DNA of 64,000 nucleotides from Obrimoposthia wandeli (lineage: Eukaryota): assembly GCA_977020255.1 (NCBI GenBank), contig CDROCS010000506.1, forward strand, positions 1,116,001-1,180,000. Direction: 5' to 3'. Shown in pieces: positions 30,483-40,148 of this stretch. The notes beneath the pieces were generated by a model that was given only the letters and a program-made list of their open reading frames with translations, was not told the DNA's origin and searched no databases. Position 1 is the first letter of the stretch. The number at the start of each line of letters is the position of its first letter. Made by a program: the position numbers and the translations under genes.

Positions 30483-30754
30483 TCAACTAAACCATTACGT
30501 TTCAAGCCGCGTCGTACATTTTTACACAGTTTACCTACGCGGTTTAATTCATCAAAAGTCGGTGCAGTGCCATGTTTAACTTGGTCTTCCCAATAACACA
30601 GTTCAGAGTCGACTAATTCTAATAATTTCTTCGGGCAACCCTCACACGAATCACCACAAATACTCGATTCAGGTTCGTAGAACGGAAACACGCCACGTAC
30701 TTCTGTTATAAGATTTGTCATAGCGGTAGATAGATTCGGTTTTTGGCTCATCAT
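30479..30754 (-). CDS. Small Cys-rich hypothetical protein
   Basis: ICGDSCEGCPKKLLEL...LCKNVRR. Confidence 0.7.
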   Translation of the reverse strand: MMSQKPNLSTAMTNLITEVRGVFPFYEPESSICGDSCEGCPKKLLELVDSELCYWEDQVKHGTAPTFDELNRVGKLCKNVRRGLKRNGLVD

Positions 30755-30889
30755 TTTTACTCGTCATTTTTATTAATAAGAAGTCCAACTAAGCACCGCA
30801 GAAACGCGTAACTTGAGAATGGAATGACTTTGGAGGTAGGATTATAACGCCCCACCCCCTGATAAAAATTGATATGAGTCATTTACAAG

Positions 30890-30905
30890 TGTGATATAAA
30901 TCACA
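30890..30905. promoter_or_regulatory. Perfect CRP-type site
   Basis: TGTGA-TATAAA-TCACA, upstream of the 30754 gene. Confidence 0.72.
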
Positions 30906-30946
30906 TTTAATATAGCCCTTACTGCCCCACCTATTTAATCAACGAT

Positions 30947-32407
30947 CTATTTAATCAACAAGCCACTCGCGATAGCGGCTAATGTTTTAATACTGCCCTG
31001 AATATCAATTTTAGGGTCGCAAGCACAGTTAATACGGATACAGTGATCAAACTTATTAGTCGCACTGCTTAACTGCCCCGGAATAATACCTATGCCCATG
31101 TCAATCGCCTTAAGATGCAGTTCATGACCATCAATCCCTTGGGGTAATACCACCCACAAAATACAGCCACCTTGTGGATTAGAAACTTGCGTACCCTCGG
31201 GAAAATACTGACGTATTAACGATTGGATCTGGTACACCTGTTTGGCGATCTTAGCCGTTAATTGGCGAAGATGACGTTCATACTTCCCACTGTTATAAAA
31301 CTGCGCCACGACAATCTGTGAAAACTGTGGTGCGCTAATATTAGTAAACGTCTTAAAATAAGACACTTCTTTGTAATACGCGCCCGGCGCGATCCAACCT
31401 ACCCGTAATCCCGAGGCGATGGTTTTAGATACCGACGAGCAATACAGCACCATGCCTTTTTTATCAAAAGCCTTGCAGGGCTTTAATCGTGAACCATCAA
31501 ACGATAAATCCCCTAACAAGTCATCTTCAATCAAGGGAATATCTTTCGTTGCTAACAACTCCACCAGCTGTTTACGATTCGTTTCCGGCATACATGAACC
31601 CAGTGGATTACTGTAACTCGGCACCACTAATACCGCCGATATTTGCCACTGTTCTAACGCTAATTCCAGCGCTTCAAGGCTCATACCTGTAACTGGATGA
31701 CACGGTATTTCCAGCGCTTTATAACCTAACGATTCAATTAACTGCAGTGAACCAACAAAGCCTGGTGACTCTAGCGCAATCGTAGCACCCGGTTTAGCCA
31801 CGGCACGCAAGCACACCGACAATGCCTCTAAACAACCATTAGTGACAATGACATCACTCGCTGATACCTGACAGCCCGATTCATTCATGCGCTTGGCCAA
31901 CACATCGCGTAATAATGTATTACCTGCCGAAAACTGCACTTCAACAATATCTGCCATGTGATGCTTGATCACTTGATTCGATATCTTTTGTAACGCGGGC
32001 GTCGGCATAAACTCACTCGACGGATACGAGGTGCCCATGTTGATAACGTCAGGCTCACCACATTGATGAAATATCTGACTGGCAAGTTCATGGATCTTCA
32101 CCGACTTGGGTTTCATGGTCATACTCATGCCCATACTAGGCAGTTCAATCACCGTGTCAGTGCTATTATTAAAGCATACGTAATAACCCGATTTTGGCCG
32201 TGCTTCAACTAGCCCGATGATCTCAAGTTCTTCAAGCGCCCGTTGGATAGTGGCAATACTCATTTTTCGTTTTATCGATAAGGCTCTAAGCGAGGGTAAC
32301 TTATCACCCGGTAAATATACGCCCTGATTAATTAAGTCGCGTAAGTCGTCAGCTACTTGCTGATATAACAATACTTTTGTTATTACTCTAGTCATTACTC
32401 TCGTCAT
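30947..32407 (-). CDS. MocR/GabR-family PLP-dependent regulator (YdcR-like)
   Basis: GntR HTH (LYQQVADDL...GDKLPSLRAL); aminotransferase-like domain (SSVSKTIASGLRVGW). Confidence 0.93.
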   Translation of the reverse strand: MTRVMTRVITKVLLYQQVADDLRDLINQGVYLPGDKLPSLRALSIKRKMSIATIQRALEELEIIGLVEARPKSGYYVCFNNSTDTVIELPSMGMSMTMKPKSVKIHELASQIFHQCGEPDVINMGTSYPSSEFMPTPALQKISNQVIKHHMADIVEVQFSAGNTLLRDVLAKRMNESGCQVSASDVIVTNGCLEALSVCLRAVAKPGATIALESPGFVGSLQLIESLGYKALEIPCHPVTGMSLEALELALEQWQISAVLVVPSYSNPLGSCMPETNRKQLVELLATKDIPLIEDDLLGDLSFDGSRLKPCKAFDKKGMVLYCSSVSKTIASGLRVGWIAPGAYYKEVSYFKTFTNISAPQFSQIVVAQFYNSGKYERHLRQLTAKIAKQVYQIQSLIRQYFPEGTQVSNPQGGCILWVVLPQGIDGHELHLKAIDMGIGIIPGQLSSATNKFDHCIRINCACDPKIDIQGSIKTLAAIASGLLIK

Positions 32408-32471
32408 TGATGTTAGCTACTTTTATAATTTTATAATTTTATTTTAAACATGAATAATCGATATGGCATAA

Positions 32472-32561
32472 ACCAGTACAGTTTATCAAATTACTCACCA
32501 GTACAGTGACAGATTAACACAACTGTACTGGTTTATTTATCAGTTTCCTGAATCTGTACTG
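32472..32561. promoter_or_regulatory. Array of ACCAGTACAGT sites between the MocR gene and phhA
   Basis: ACCAGTACAGT at 32472 and 32497; its reverse complement at 32522; partial CTGTACTG at 32554. Confidence 0.75.
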
Positions 32562-32619
32562 CATATTTAATTGAGGCTAAACTAATATCAATTGAATAAC
32601 ACAGCACGAGGAAGTCATT

Positions 32620-33456
32620 ATGAACTCATCTTTAGCTATTAAAGCAGATTTAGCCCTAGCAGAAAAAACAAAATATGTTTCACGCCAACCAGACCAAAAC
32701 GGCTACATCAACTATAGCGATGAGGAACATTGCACTTGGGCTACGTTATATAACCGTCAAACCGAGATTATTAAAGGCCGTGCCTGTGATGAATTTATTG
32801 CCGGTATTGATCTACTAAAAATGAGTGCCGACCAAATTCCACAGCTACCAGATATTAATCGAAAACTAAAAAAATTAACCGGTTGGCAAGTAGAGAACGT
32901 GCCAGCTTTAATTGGCTTTGAACGCTTTTTTGAATTACTGGCGAATAAACGTTTTCCAGCAGCGACTTTCATCCGTACTAAAGCAGACATAGACTACATT
33001 CAAGAACCCGATATTTTCCATGAGCTGTTTGGTCATTGCCCATTACTCACCAATCAAGCTTACGCTGACTTTTCTCAGCATTACGGTGAGCTTGGATTAA
33101 AAGCCGACAAAGCCGATCGCCCTATGCTGGCTCGTTTGTACTGGTTTACTATTGAGTTTGGCTTAATGCAGAGTCAGCAAGGGTTAAAAATATTTGGTGG
33201 TGGTATTCTGTCGTCAAAAGAAGAAACTTGCTACAGCTTAGAAAGCGATATTCCCAATCGCCAACCACTGCAAGTTATCGAAGCATTTCGAACCCATTAC
33301 CGTATTGATGAACTGCAAAAGAATTACTTTGTGATTAACCAGCTGACTGACTTACAACAATTAGTTAAGCTCGATTTAATTACTTTAATCAAAGAAGCTA
33401 AAATATTAGGCATGAAACCATCGGCCTATGTCCCGAAAGAAGATAAGGCTTGTTAA
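32620..33456 (+). CDS. phhA: Phenylalanine 4-monooxygenase
   Basis: EPDIFHELFGHCPLL; ARLYWFTIEFGL; GGGILSS. Confidence 0.96.
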   Translation: MNSSLAIKADLALAEKTKYVSRQPDQNGYINYSDEEHCTWATLYNRQTEIIKGRACDEFIAGIDLLKMSADQIPQLPDINRKLKKLTGWQVENVPALIGFERFFELLANKRFPAATFIRTKADIDYIQEPDIFHELFGHCPLLTNQAYADFSQHYGELGLKADKADRPMLARLYWFTIEFGLMQSQQGLKIFGGGILSSKEETCYSLESDIPNRQPLQVIEAFRTHYRIDELQKNYFVINQLTDLQQLVKLDLITLIKEAKILGMKPSAYVPKEDKAC

Positions 33457-33540
33457 CATTTAACCAGACAAAAATAGAATTTAATCGAATTGAAAAACAC
33501 TATTTTAAACACTAATTGAAACATAAGACGAGAACAAATC

Positions 33541-33882
33541 ATGACTGAATTAAACCAACAAAATTGCCAAGCCTGTCGCGCCGATGCCCCACAAGTGAGT
33601 GATGCAGAATTAGCTGTATTAGTTAATCAAATTCCCGATTGGGCGGTAGTAGTACGTGACAATATTATGCAATTAGAGCGTGAGTTTAAATTTAAAAACT
33701 TCAAACAAGCTATCGCCTTTACCAATCGTGTAGCAGAGATGGCTGAAATCGAAGGTCATCATCCAGCGCTATTAACAGAATGGGGTAAAGTGACAATTAC
33801 TTGGTGGTCACACAGTATCAAAGGCCTGCATAAGAATGATTTTGTCTGCGCAGCAAAGACAGATACATTACTGGCTGAATAA
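33541..33882 (+). CDS. phhB: Pterin-4a-carbinolamine dehydratase
   Basis: CQACRADAP; [15 protein letters not shown]; GLHKNDF. Confidence 0.96.
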   Translation: MTELNQQNCQACRADAPQVSDAELAVLVNQIPDWAVVVRDNIMQLEREFKFKNFKQAIAFTNRVAEMAEIEGHHPALLTEWGKVTITWWSHSIKGLHKNDFVCAAKTDTLLAE

Positions 33883-34020
33883 TAAAAATGGCGCTAATCG
33901 TTATGCTAGCAATAACAATGAGCGCCACTTTACGGCCTGATAAACAAACTATTCACTTTATATCATCTAAAGCTTAACAGATGATGTTTACCTTGTATGA
34001 ATACAACCTTACAAATAACA

Positions 34021-36524
34021 TTATATCGCTGGTGCAATAACGCCGTTACTATTATCAACAACCACAGTTGGGCGACCACCTGATGCTGAAACAGCATAAC
34101 TGACCAACTGAGTTTGCATCTCTTTCGTCACCGCAGGGCTTGCTGTCGGATCAATCAAAGAACCATGAGAACCTTGACTAAAGCGAACGACTTTACTACC
34201 CGTAGCCGTGGTATCTGTACTTCCTAATCCAAGCGTGGCGATTAATGCTTCAGTCCCGATTAACGGTTTATTAGCAACCGTGTTTGGAATCGTTTGATCG
34301 CCCGAACCTTCACTGCCGTCACCCACAACTTCGTGCAATATGGTTGGTACAGTAAAGGCACCAAGTGCTGCATAACTTAACGGGTCTGCACCATCAACAA
34401 CAGTCTGCGCTATCGAGCCAAATACTGCAGCAAAAGCGGGATAGTTCAAGTCAATCGCCAGCTTCGCAGCAACAGGCTCAGCAACTTGGTAAGCTGCAAA
34501 TTTTTGTAATGCTGTACTGCCGTTTCCATCTTTAAAACCTAATCCAGCCGCAATGAGTCCTACATAACCGGCATTCGTTTTCAAACCAGCTTCTACCGAA
34601 GGGCCAAAACTTGGTGAATATTGAAATACCCCCGCTAAACCGGCACCAGGCACATTTAGCGCTGAACTTTGTAATTTATAATCGATTAAAAAAGGAGTGC
34701 TAGTAGGGCTAATATTAACATCACCAGCTAATGCAGTGAACGGCACACCAACTATCGCCCCTAAAGACTGACCAGCAAAGTGCACCTTACTACCATCTAA
34801 AACCTTAATATCAGTTCCATCTATATCTAGTGTTACAGGTGCAACCGGCGACTGTAAAGCCGCACGTAAAGAAAATAAGTCGGCTGTTGATTGACGTAAA
34901 TTTTCACGAATACTCAAGAAGCTGCCTAAGTTAGCAAACACTTGTGCGTCCGCATTTGCATAAGGAGCTGCGGATTTAAAGGTTTCACTGGCACTCAAAC
35001 CATAGACACCATCAGCATTTTTTAACAAACCTCGAGTACCATGATAAGGTAAATCAATGGCTACCACTGCAAAACCTTGCGATACATAACCCGCCGCAAC
35101 CGCAGCTGCCGTTTCTTTTAATGTCGTAATACCATGTTGGAAAATAACCACAGGCCAGCCATCCGCAGGCATAGTCAAGCCTGTTAAGTTTGTATCAGGT
35201 AAATATACATCCACCGCGAGGGTTGCTGTACTTAAGGTTTCAGGAATCGGATTATACGCCGTGAGATGGTGTGCTGAATCCACTTGTTTAGTTTCACCGT
35301 TAACCTGATAAGTTAAACCCGTTAAACCTGAATTAGCTAACAATGCGACAGCTTTAGCCTTATCACCAGCAGCAAGAGCCGTAACTACAGATGTGAATAT
35401 CGGTTGCGTCGAGAAGCTAGCTGCAAAATCAGCATTATAGAAAGCACTCGTAGAATCTAATAACTGTAATATTGCAATCGGGCTATCCGATTTCGCTTTT
35501 GCCCAGCGGTTCATATCTCCCGCAGTCTGGGTTAAGAGATCAGACAGATAATAAGGTGCATTGATGCTTGTTTTATAATACTTCGCTGCTGCAAAACTTG
35601 GTTGACTCCCGCCTAAATAGGCGTCAGCAATATCTGCAGCGGTAGCGCCTGTCGCTTGCAATGCTTCCATTTTCAGTCGGACATCGGGATCGGGATGGAC
35701 CGTCAGTCCTCCATGTACTTTTTGTAATGTAGTCAATACATTACCAACTGACTGTGTAGTAAACACCGCAGAGTAAATCGGTGTATCAGTCATACCTTCG
35801 TTAGCTAGCAAGAAGTGATTAAATTGCGTAAGTCCTTTTAAGCCTTGCACTGTAGCATCATCACCAGCAGCGATTGGAGAACTTAATAACTGATAACCAG
35901 TACTAGTCGCTACTCCACGTCCTTGCACATCTTTAAGTTGATCGGTAACCACCACCATGTACGATGTTGTAGGTGAGAAAGGTTTCAGTGGTGTTACTAC
36001 AATAGCGCCGTTTGAAAATGTAGCTGTATAATCGCGATCAAAGAGTAATTTCCCTTCGATACGCCTACAATTTGTCAGGTTACTCGCCGAGCGGGACAGA
36101 TCGCACCACAATTATCGGCGAATCCACTCGTGCGGACTTTATATATCAGTACGCCTTCAGGCATGCTATTCGCGTCTAATTTAATGTCGTTAATCGCATG
36201 ATAATCGGCATCCTTGTCGCCATATACAAGGGGAATGCTAAACGGTACCGATAATTGCCAGCCGTCCAATGCGCCTTGCACTAAGCTAATATCTCGATAT
36301 TGCGCAGTTGCAACGATATCAGCTTCATCAGGTAAGTTAATCGTTCCATCAAGGCTGCCATTAAACAACAAATTATTCGGCGTCGAAACATTTCCAACCA
36401 GTGGGTTATAGCTAATTTTAGCCGTTCTTGCTTCGCTGTTATTAAAATCAGAATCACTATCACAGCCCACTAAGGAGAGGGAGGTAGACATAATAATCGC
36501 TGTTGCTATGATGGACAAGCGCAT
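34021..36524 (-). pseudogene. Frameshifted Pla-1/VolA-type lipoprotein lipase
   Basis: ORF 36524-36075 (lipobox LVGC) and ORF 36111-34021 (IFQHGIT, GQSLG, HGSL) overlap in different frames; a single indel near 36090 would fuse them. Confidence 0.82.
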
Positions 36525-36639
36525 ACTTTTAAATTCCTTTTTATTAGTTTGCTACTTAAGAAAGCCTTAAGTATGTGACATATTGTTACAGTAATTAGGT
36601 GGTAATACCAAAGCATTAGTGACGCAAACGTTACTCATT

Positions 36640-36655
36640 TGTGAATCAGCGCACA
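36640..36655. promoter_or_regulatory. CRP-like site upstream of the lipase
   Basis: TGTGA-ATCAGC-GCACA (9/10 match). Confidence 0.5.
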
Positions 36656-36875
36656 TATTAGTTGCTAATATGTACTAAAGTATTATAAAAATGTGGATAT
36701 CGACGCCTATTAAGCCACGAAATGGCGACGAAATATTAAGAGTAAAATATTAAAAGTAGAATATATTAAGGTGGAAGCTAGGGTGCGGAAATCAAAAACA
36801 GCCCAATTACCGAACGTGAATAACGAGGGAATACAGGCTGTTTTATCAAGTTAAAAGTTAAAACTGAAGTTAAAT

Positions 36876-37943
36876 TTAAACGTCAGTTGGTATATCACCC
36901 CGTTTAGGCCAAGCATTCAATACCGCTTTCACCAAGGTTGCTAATGGGATCGCAAAGAACACGCCCCAGAATCCCCACATGCCACCAAACACTAATACCG
37001 ACATAATAATCGCTACCGGATGTAAGTTCACCGCTTCCGAGAACAACAGCGGCACTAACAAGTTACCATCCAATGCTTGCACGATACCGTACGCGATCAT
37101 CATATAAGTAAACTCTGGTGTTAGGCCCCATTGGAATAAACCAACCAGCATCACCGGCACAGTTACCGCTGCAGCACCGATATAAGGGATCAATACCGAG
37201 AAACCCACTAATACCGCAAGCAGTGCTGCGTATTGTAAATCAGTAAAGAAAAACACCAACCAAGTACAAAAACCAACGATGATAATTTCAAATACTTTAC
37301 CGCGAATATAATTGGCAATTTGGCCATTCATTTCAGTCCACACTTCCATCGCCAGACGACGATTTTGTGGCAAGATACTCACTAAGGCTTTAACCAAAAT
37401 ACGCTTATCTTTAAGCATGAAGAACACTAACAACGGCACTAGAATTGAATAAATCAGGATCGCAGCTAAATCAAATAAAGAAGCGAATGAAGCGCTTACT
37501 ATCATTTCACCTGAATTGACTACGTGATCCTGAACTGCTATCGAGGCAGTCTTGATCAATTCTGCATTAAAAAGATCTGGATTCTCTTGTGGCAACATCA
37601 ACAAGAATTCTTGACCTTGCTTAAGCATGGCTGGCATTGCTTTAACTAAGGTGACGCCTTGATGCCATACCGTAGGAACTAGGCCTAACGTCAGCATGAC
37701 CATCGAGGTAACAAAGAGCAGTAAAATAATGACCGTTGCCCAGGTTCTCGACATCCCCAACCGCATTAATTGTATTAACGGCCAATCCAATAAATAAGCT
37801 AATACTACCGCGACTAAGAAAGGCGTAATTAAGCTACCAGCGAAATAAATAACCGAGAAACCAAATACTAAGAGTAAGAATAAAGTGACTGCATGTGGGT
37901 CAGAAAAACGTTCCTGATACCAGCGTGATACGACAGAGATCAT
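36876..37943 (-). CDS. perM: AI-2E/PerM-family permease
   Basis: WYQERFSDPHA; YIRGKVFEI; DGNLLVPLLFSEAVNLHP. Confidence 0.9.
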   Translation of the reverse strand: MISVVSRWYQERFSDPHAVTLFLLLVFGFSVIYFAGSLITPFLVAVVLAYLLDWPLIQLMRLGMSRTWATVIILLLFVTSMVMLTLGLVPTVWHQGVTLVKAMPAMLKQGQEFLLMLPQENPDLFNAELIKTASIAVQDHVVNSGEMIVSASFASLFDLAAILIYSILVPLLVFFMLKDKRILVKALVSILPQNRRLAMEVWTEMNGQIANYIRGKVFEIIIVGFCTWLVFFFTDLQYAALLAVLVGFSVLIPYIGAAAVTVPVMLVGLFQWGLTPEFTYMMIAYGIVQALDGNLLVPLLFSEAVNLHPVAIIMSVLVFGGMWGFWGVFFAIPLATLVKAVLNAWPKRGDIPTDV

Positions 37944-37989
37944 AAATTTTGATTGCCTTAAGATTGTATGATTTATTAAGTGCTAAATG

Positions 37990-38241
37990 TTAAGTACTGA
38001 GCTGTGTCAGTGATAAGTGTTGGGTTAGTTTGGTGATCTGAATGCGTAATATCAACGCACTATTTTCTAACTCAACGACTTTGTTACCGAGACTGATTAA
38101 AAATTTAGGTATATCTTGACGAGAACCAGGATCGGTCAGTAATACGATAATTTCAGTGCCAAGTTCAGCTTGTTTTAACCAGAGTTTTACTTTAATCAGT
38201 GGTAAAGGACAAGTGTAGGCGCTTAGGTCTAATTGCTGCAT
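37990..38241 (-). CDS. TusA/SirA-family sulfurtransferase-like protein
   Basis: LDLSAYTCPLPLIKVK; DPGSRQDIP. Confidence 0.85.
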   Translation of the reverse strand: MQQLDLSAYTCPLPLIKVKLWLKQAELGTEIIVLLTDPGSRQDIPKFLISLGNKVVELENSALILRIQITKLTQHLSLTQLST

Positions 38242-38422
38242 TGTATTTACCTGCTACTTGTAAGCTAAAGATGAAGCTTATAGGCCAAATAAAATGCCCG
38301 ACGAGAAATTTCGAGCCATTATCAACTGTTTTCAATTGATACACAACAAGCTTACGGTTTGAATATGAAGTAGAGACGACAAGGCGGAAGTAGTGAGGAG
38401 AGTTGACCAGATAAGTAACCAC

Positions 38423-38456
38423 AAAAAAACGGTTAACCCGAAGATTAACCGTTTTT
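38423..38456. terminator. Porin terminator
   Basis: A7-CGGTTAA-cccgaaga-TTAACCG-T5. Confidence 0.8.
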
Positions 38457-38500
38457 AGCCGCTATTTAGCTATTATGTAGAAATATACGAAATTAATCGT

Positions 38501-39490
38501 TTAGAAGCTATAACGCGCTGCTAGGTGGAAATCGTCATCAGTACCTTCAACACCGTTAATGCGGTATTCAGCAACGGTACGTAGGTTTTTGTTAAAGTCA
38601 TAACGCACACCGAATACCAAGTCATCAACAGTGTCTGTTGTTGCTGACGTTGTAGCATTTTCAGTTTCTTGTGTGTTATATAATATTTGTGCTCGTAATT
38701 GCTTAGTGATCTTATATTCTGCCGTTAACTCATAAGCTGTATGGTCTATATTTTGGCCTTCAAACTCTGAACCTTGTGCGAACGTCGCTGCAATTTTTAC
38801 AGGTCCGGTTTTGTAACTTGCACCCACTAAGAAGATTGAAGCATCATAATCATCTGTTGGCGATGCGCCATTATAACCAGCGGCAAGTGTCAGACCAAAA
38901 TCAAGTGCATAAGCCGCTGCTAAACCATAAGCAGCATCACTTTCTAGATCACTTTGGTTGTCATCAAGTCGGTATGAAGCATCAAGCTGCAGCCCAGCAA
39001 ATTTGTTGCTGTATTTGAATAAGCTATTGTCACGCCCTGTGCCATCATGATCTTTGCCTACACCCAGTGCCGCATTACCGTAAGCGTTAGTGTAAGCGCT
39101 ATCTGTCATGTCAGCGACAAGTTCAACCGCACCGTATTGACGGCCAAAGCTAAATGCACCCACATCACTTTTAATACCAGCGTAAGCTAAACGGGTTTTA
39201 GTTTGATCTTGTTTCTCGCCTTCAGCTAAATCCCACTGTAGTTCATAGCGGCCAAATGCTGATAGCGTGTCAGAAATTTCTGATGTTAATTTCGCGCCAA
39301 GTCGGATGTAAGAATCATTACCATAATTAGCATTTTTGTCTTCACCGCTAAAATCATGACCTGCATAAGCACGCCCGTATACGTCAACAGCTTGACCATC
39401 ATCGTTATAAACTTCAACGGCGCCAACCGTTGATGCGAATAAACTTGGTAATACCAGTGCAAGTAGTGATTTTTTCATTTTAGGTTCCAT
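38501..39490 (-). CDS. General diffusion porin (OmpU/OmpC-like)
   Basis: Signal peptide; VYNDDG; TRLAYAG; FGRQYG; C-terminal ARYSF. Confidence 0.92.
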   Translation of the reverse strand: MEPKMKKSLLALVLPSLFASTVGAVEVYNDDGQAVDVYGRAYAGHDFSGEDKNANYGNDSYIRLGAKLTSEISDTLSAFGRYELQWDLAEGEKQDQTKTRLAYAGIKSDVGAFSFGRQYGAVELVADMTDSAYTNAYGNAALGVGKDHDGTGRDNSLFKYSNKFAGLQLDASYRLDDNQSDLESDAAYGLAAAYALDFGLTLAAGYNGASPTDDYDASIFLVGASYKTGPVKIAATFAQGSEFEGQNIDHTAYELTAEYKITKQLRAQILYNTQETENATTSATTDTVDDLVFGVRYDFNKNLRTVAEYRINGVEGTDDDFHLAARYSF

Positions 39491-39497
39491 TCCATTA

Positions 39498-39520
39498 GAT
39501 AAAGATAAAGATAAAGATAA
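39498..39520. repeat. (GATAAA) x about 4, just upstream of the porin start
   Basis: gataaagataaagataaagataa. Confidence 0.8.
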
Positions 39521-39687
39521 TTTGTTGAGTAGTTGCTTTAATTGGAATCAATACTAAAGGGGATATATGACAAAGATGTGTGATAAAGATGAACAAAAAA
39601 TGTAAGATAAATGACAGTTTAATTACGCATTACAACAAACTAAGTCTTTCGAATAATTTATTTCTAGTTATTAAAGGTAACCACACA

Positions 39688-40074
39688 ATGCAAAACAACA
39701 AGCTCAAATACTTCCTGATAATATGTGCACTTTTAATGTTTACCAATATTCTCGTTGGGACATTAGGTGCACATTTATGGCATTCACAACTGGTACTGAA
39801 TAATGGCGTGGCTAACTTTGCCACCGCACGCGACTATTTATTTATTCATACCTTGAGCATGCTATTTTTGGTGCTGTTAGATAACAAGTTTCCAGAAGGG
39901 CGTTTTAGTTGGGTTGCTGGATTACAATTAATCAGCATTATACTGTTCAGTGGTAGTTTGATTTTGTATGCATTAACCGGCGAGAAATGGTTAAGTAACA
40001 TTACCCCATCAGGCGGTAGTGGTTTAATGCTATCGTGGTTATTACTAGTATGGCGTGCGTGTAAGATTAAATAA
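39688..40074 (+). CDS. DUF423 (YgdD/TMEM256) membrane protein
   Basis: GTLGAHL; LFSGSLILYAL; ITPSGGSGLMLSW; start at ATG 39688. Confidence 0.82.
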   Translation: MQNNKLKYFLIICALLMFTNILVGTLGAHLWHSQLVLNNGVANFATARDYLFIHTLSMLFLVLLDNKFPEGRFSWVAGLQLISIILFSGSLILYALTGEKWLSNITPSGGSGLMLSWLLLVWRACKIK

Positions 40075-40148
40075 TCGTTATCATCAATATGGTTCAAGAC
40101 AATAAAAAACAGGTGCTACATTAGCACCTGTTTTTATACACGATTCGA

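Noticed and set aside
32464-32480. sigma54 promoter for phhA (TGGCA)
   Set aside because: No GC at the -12 position.
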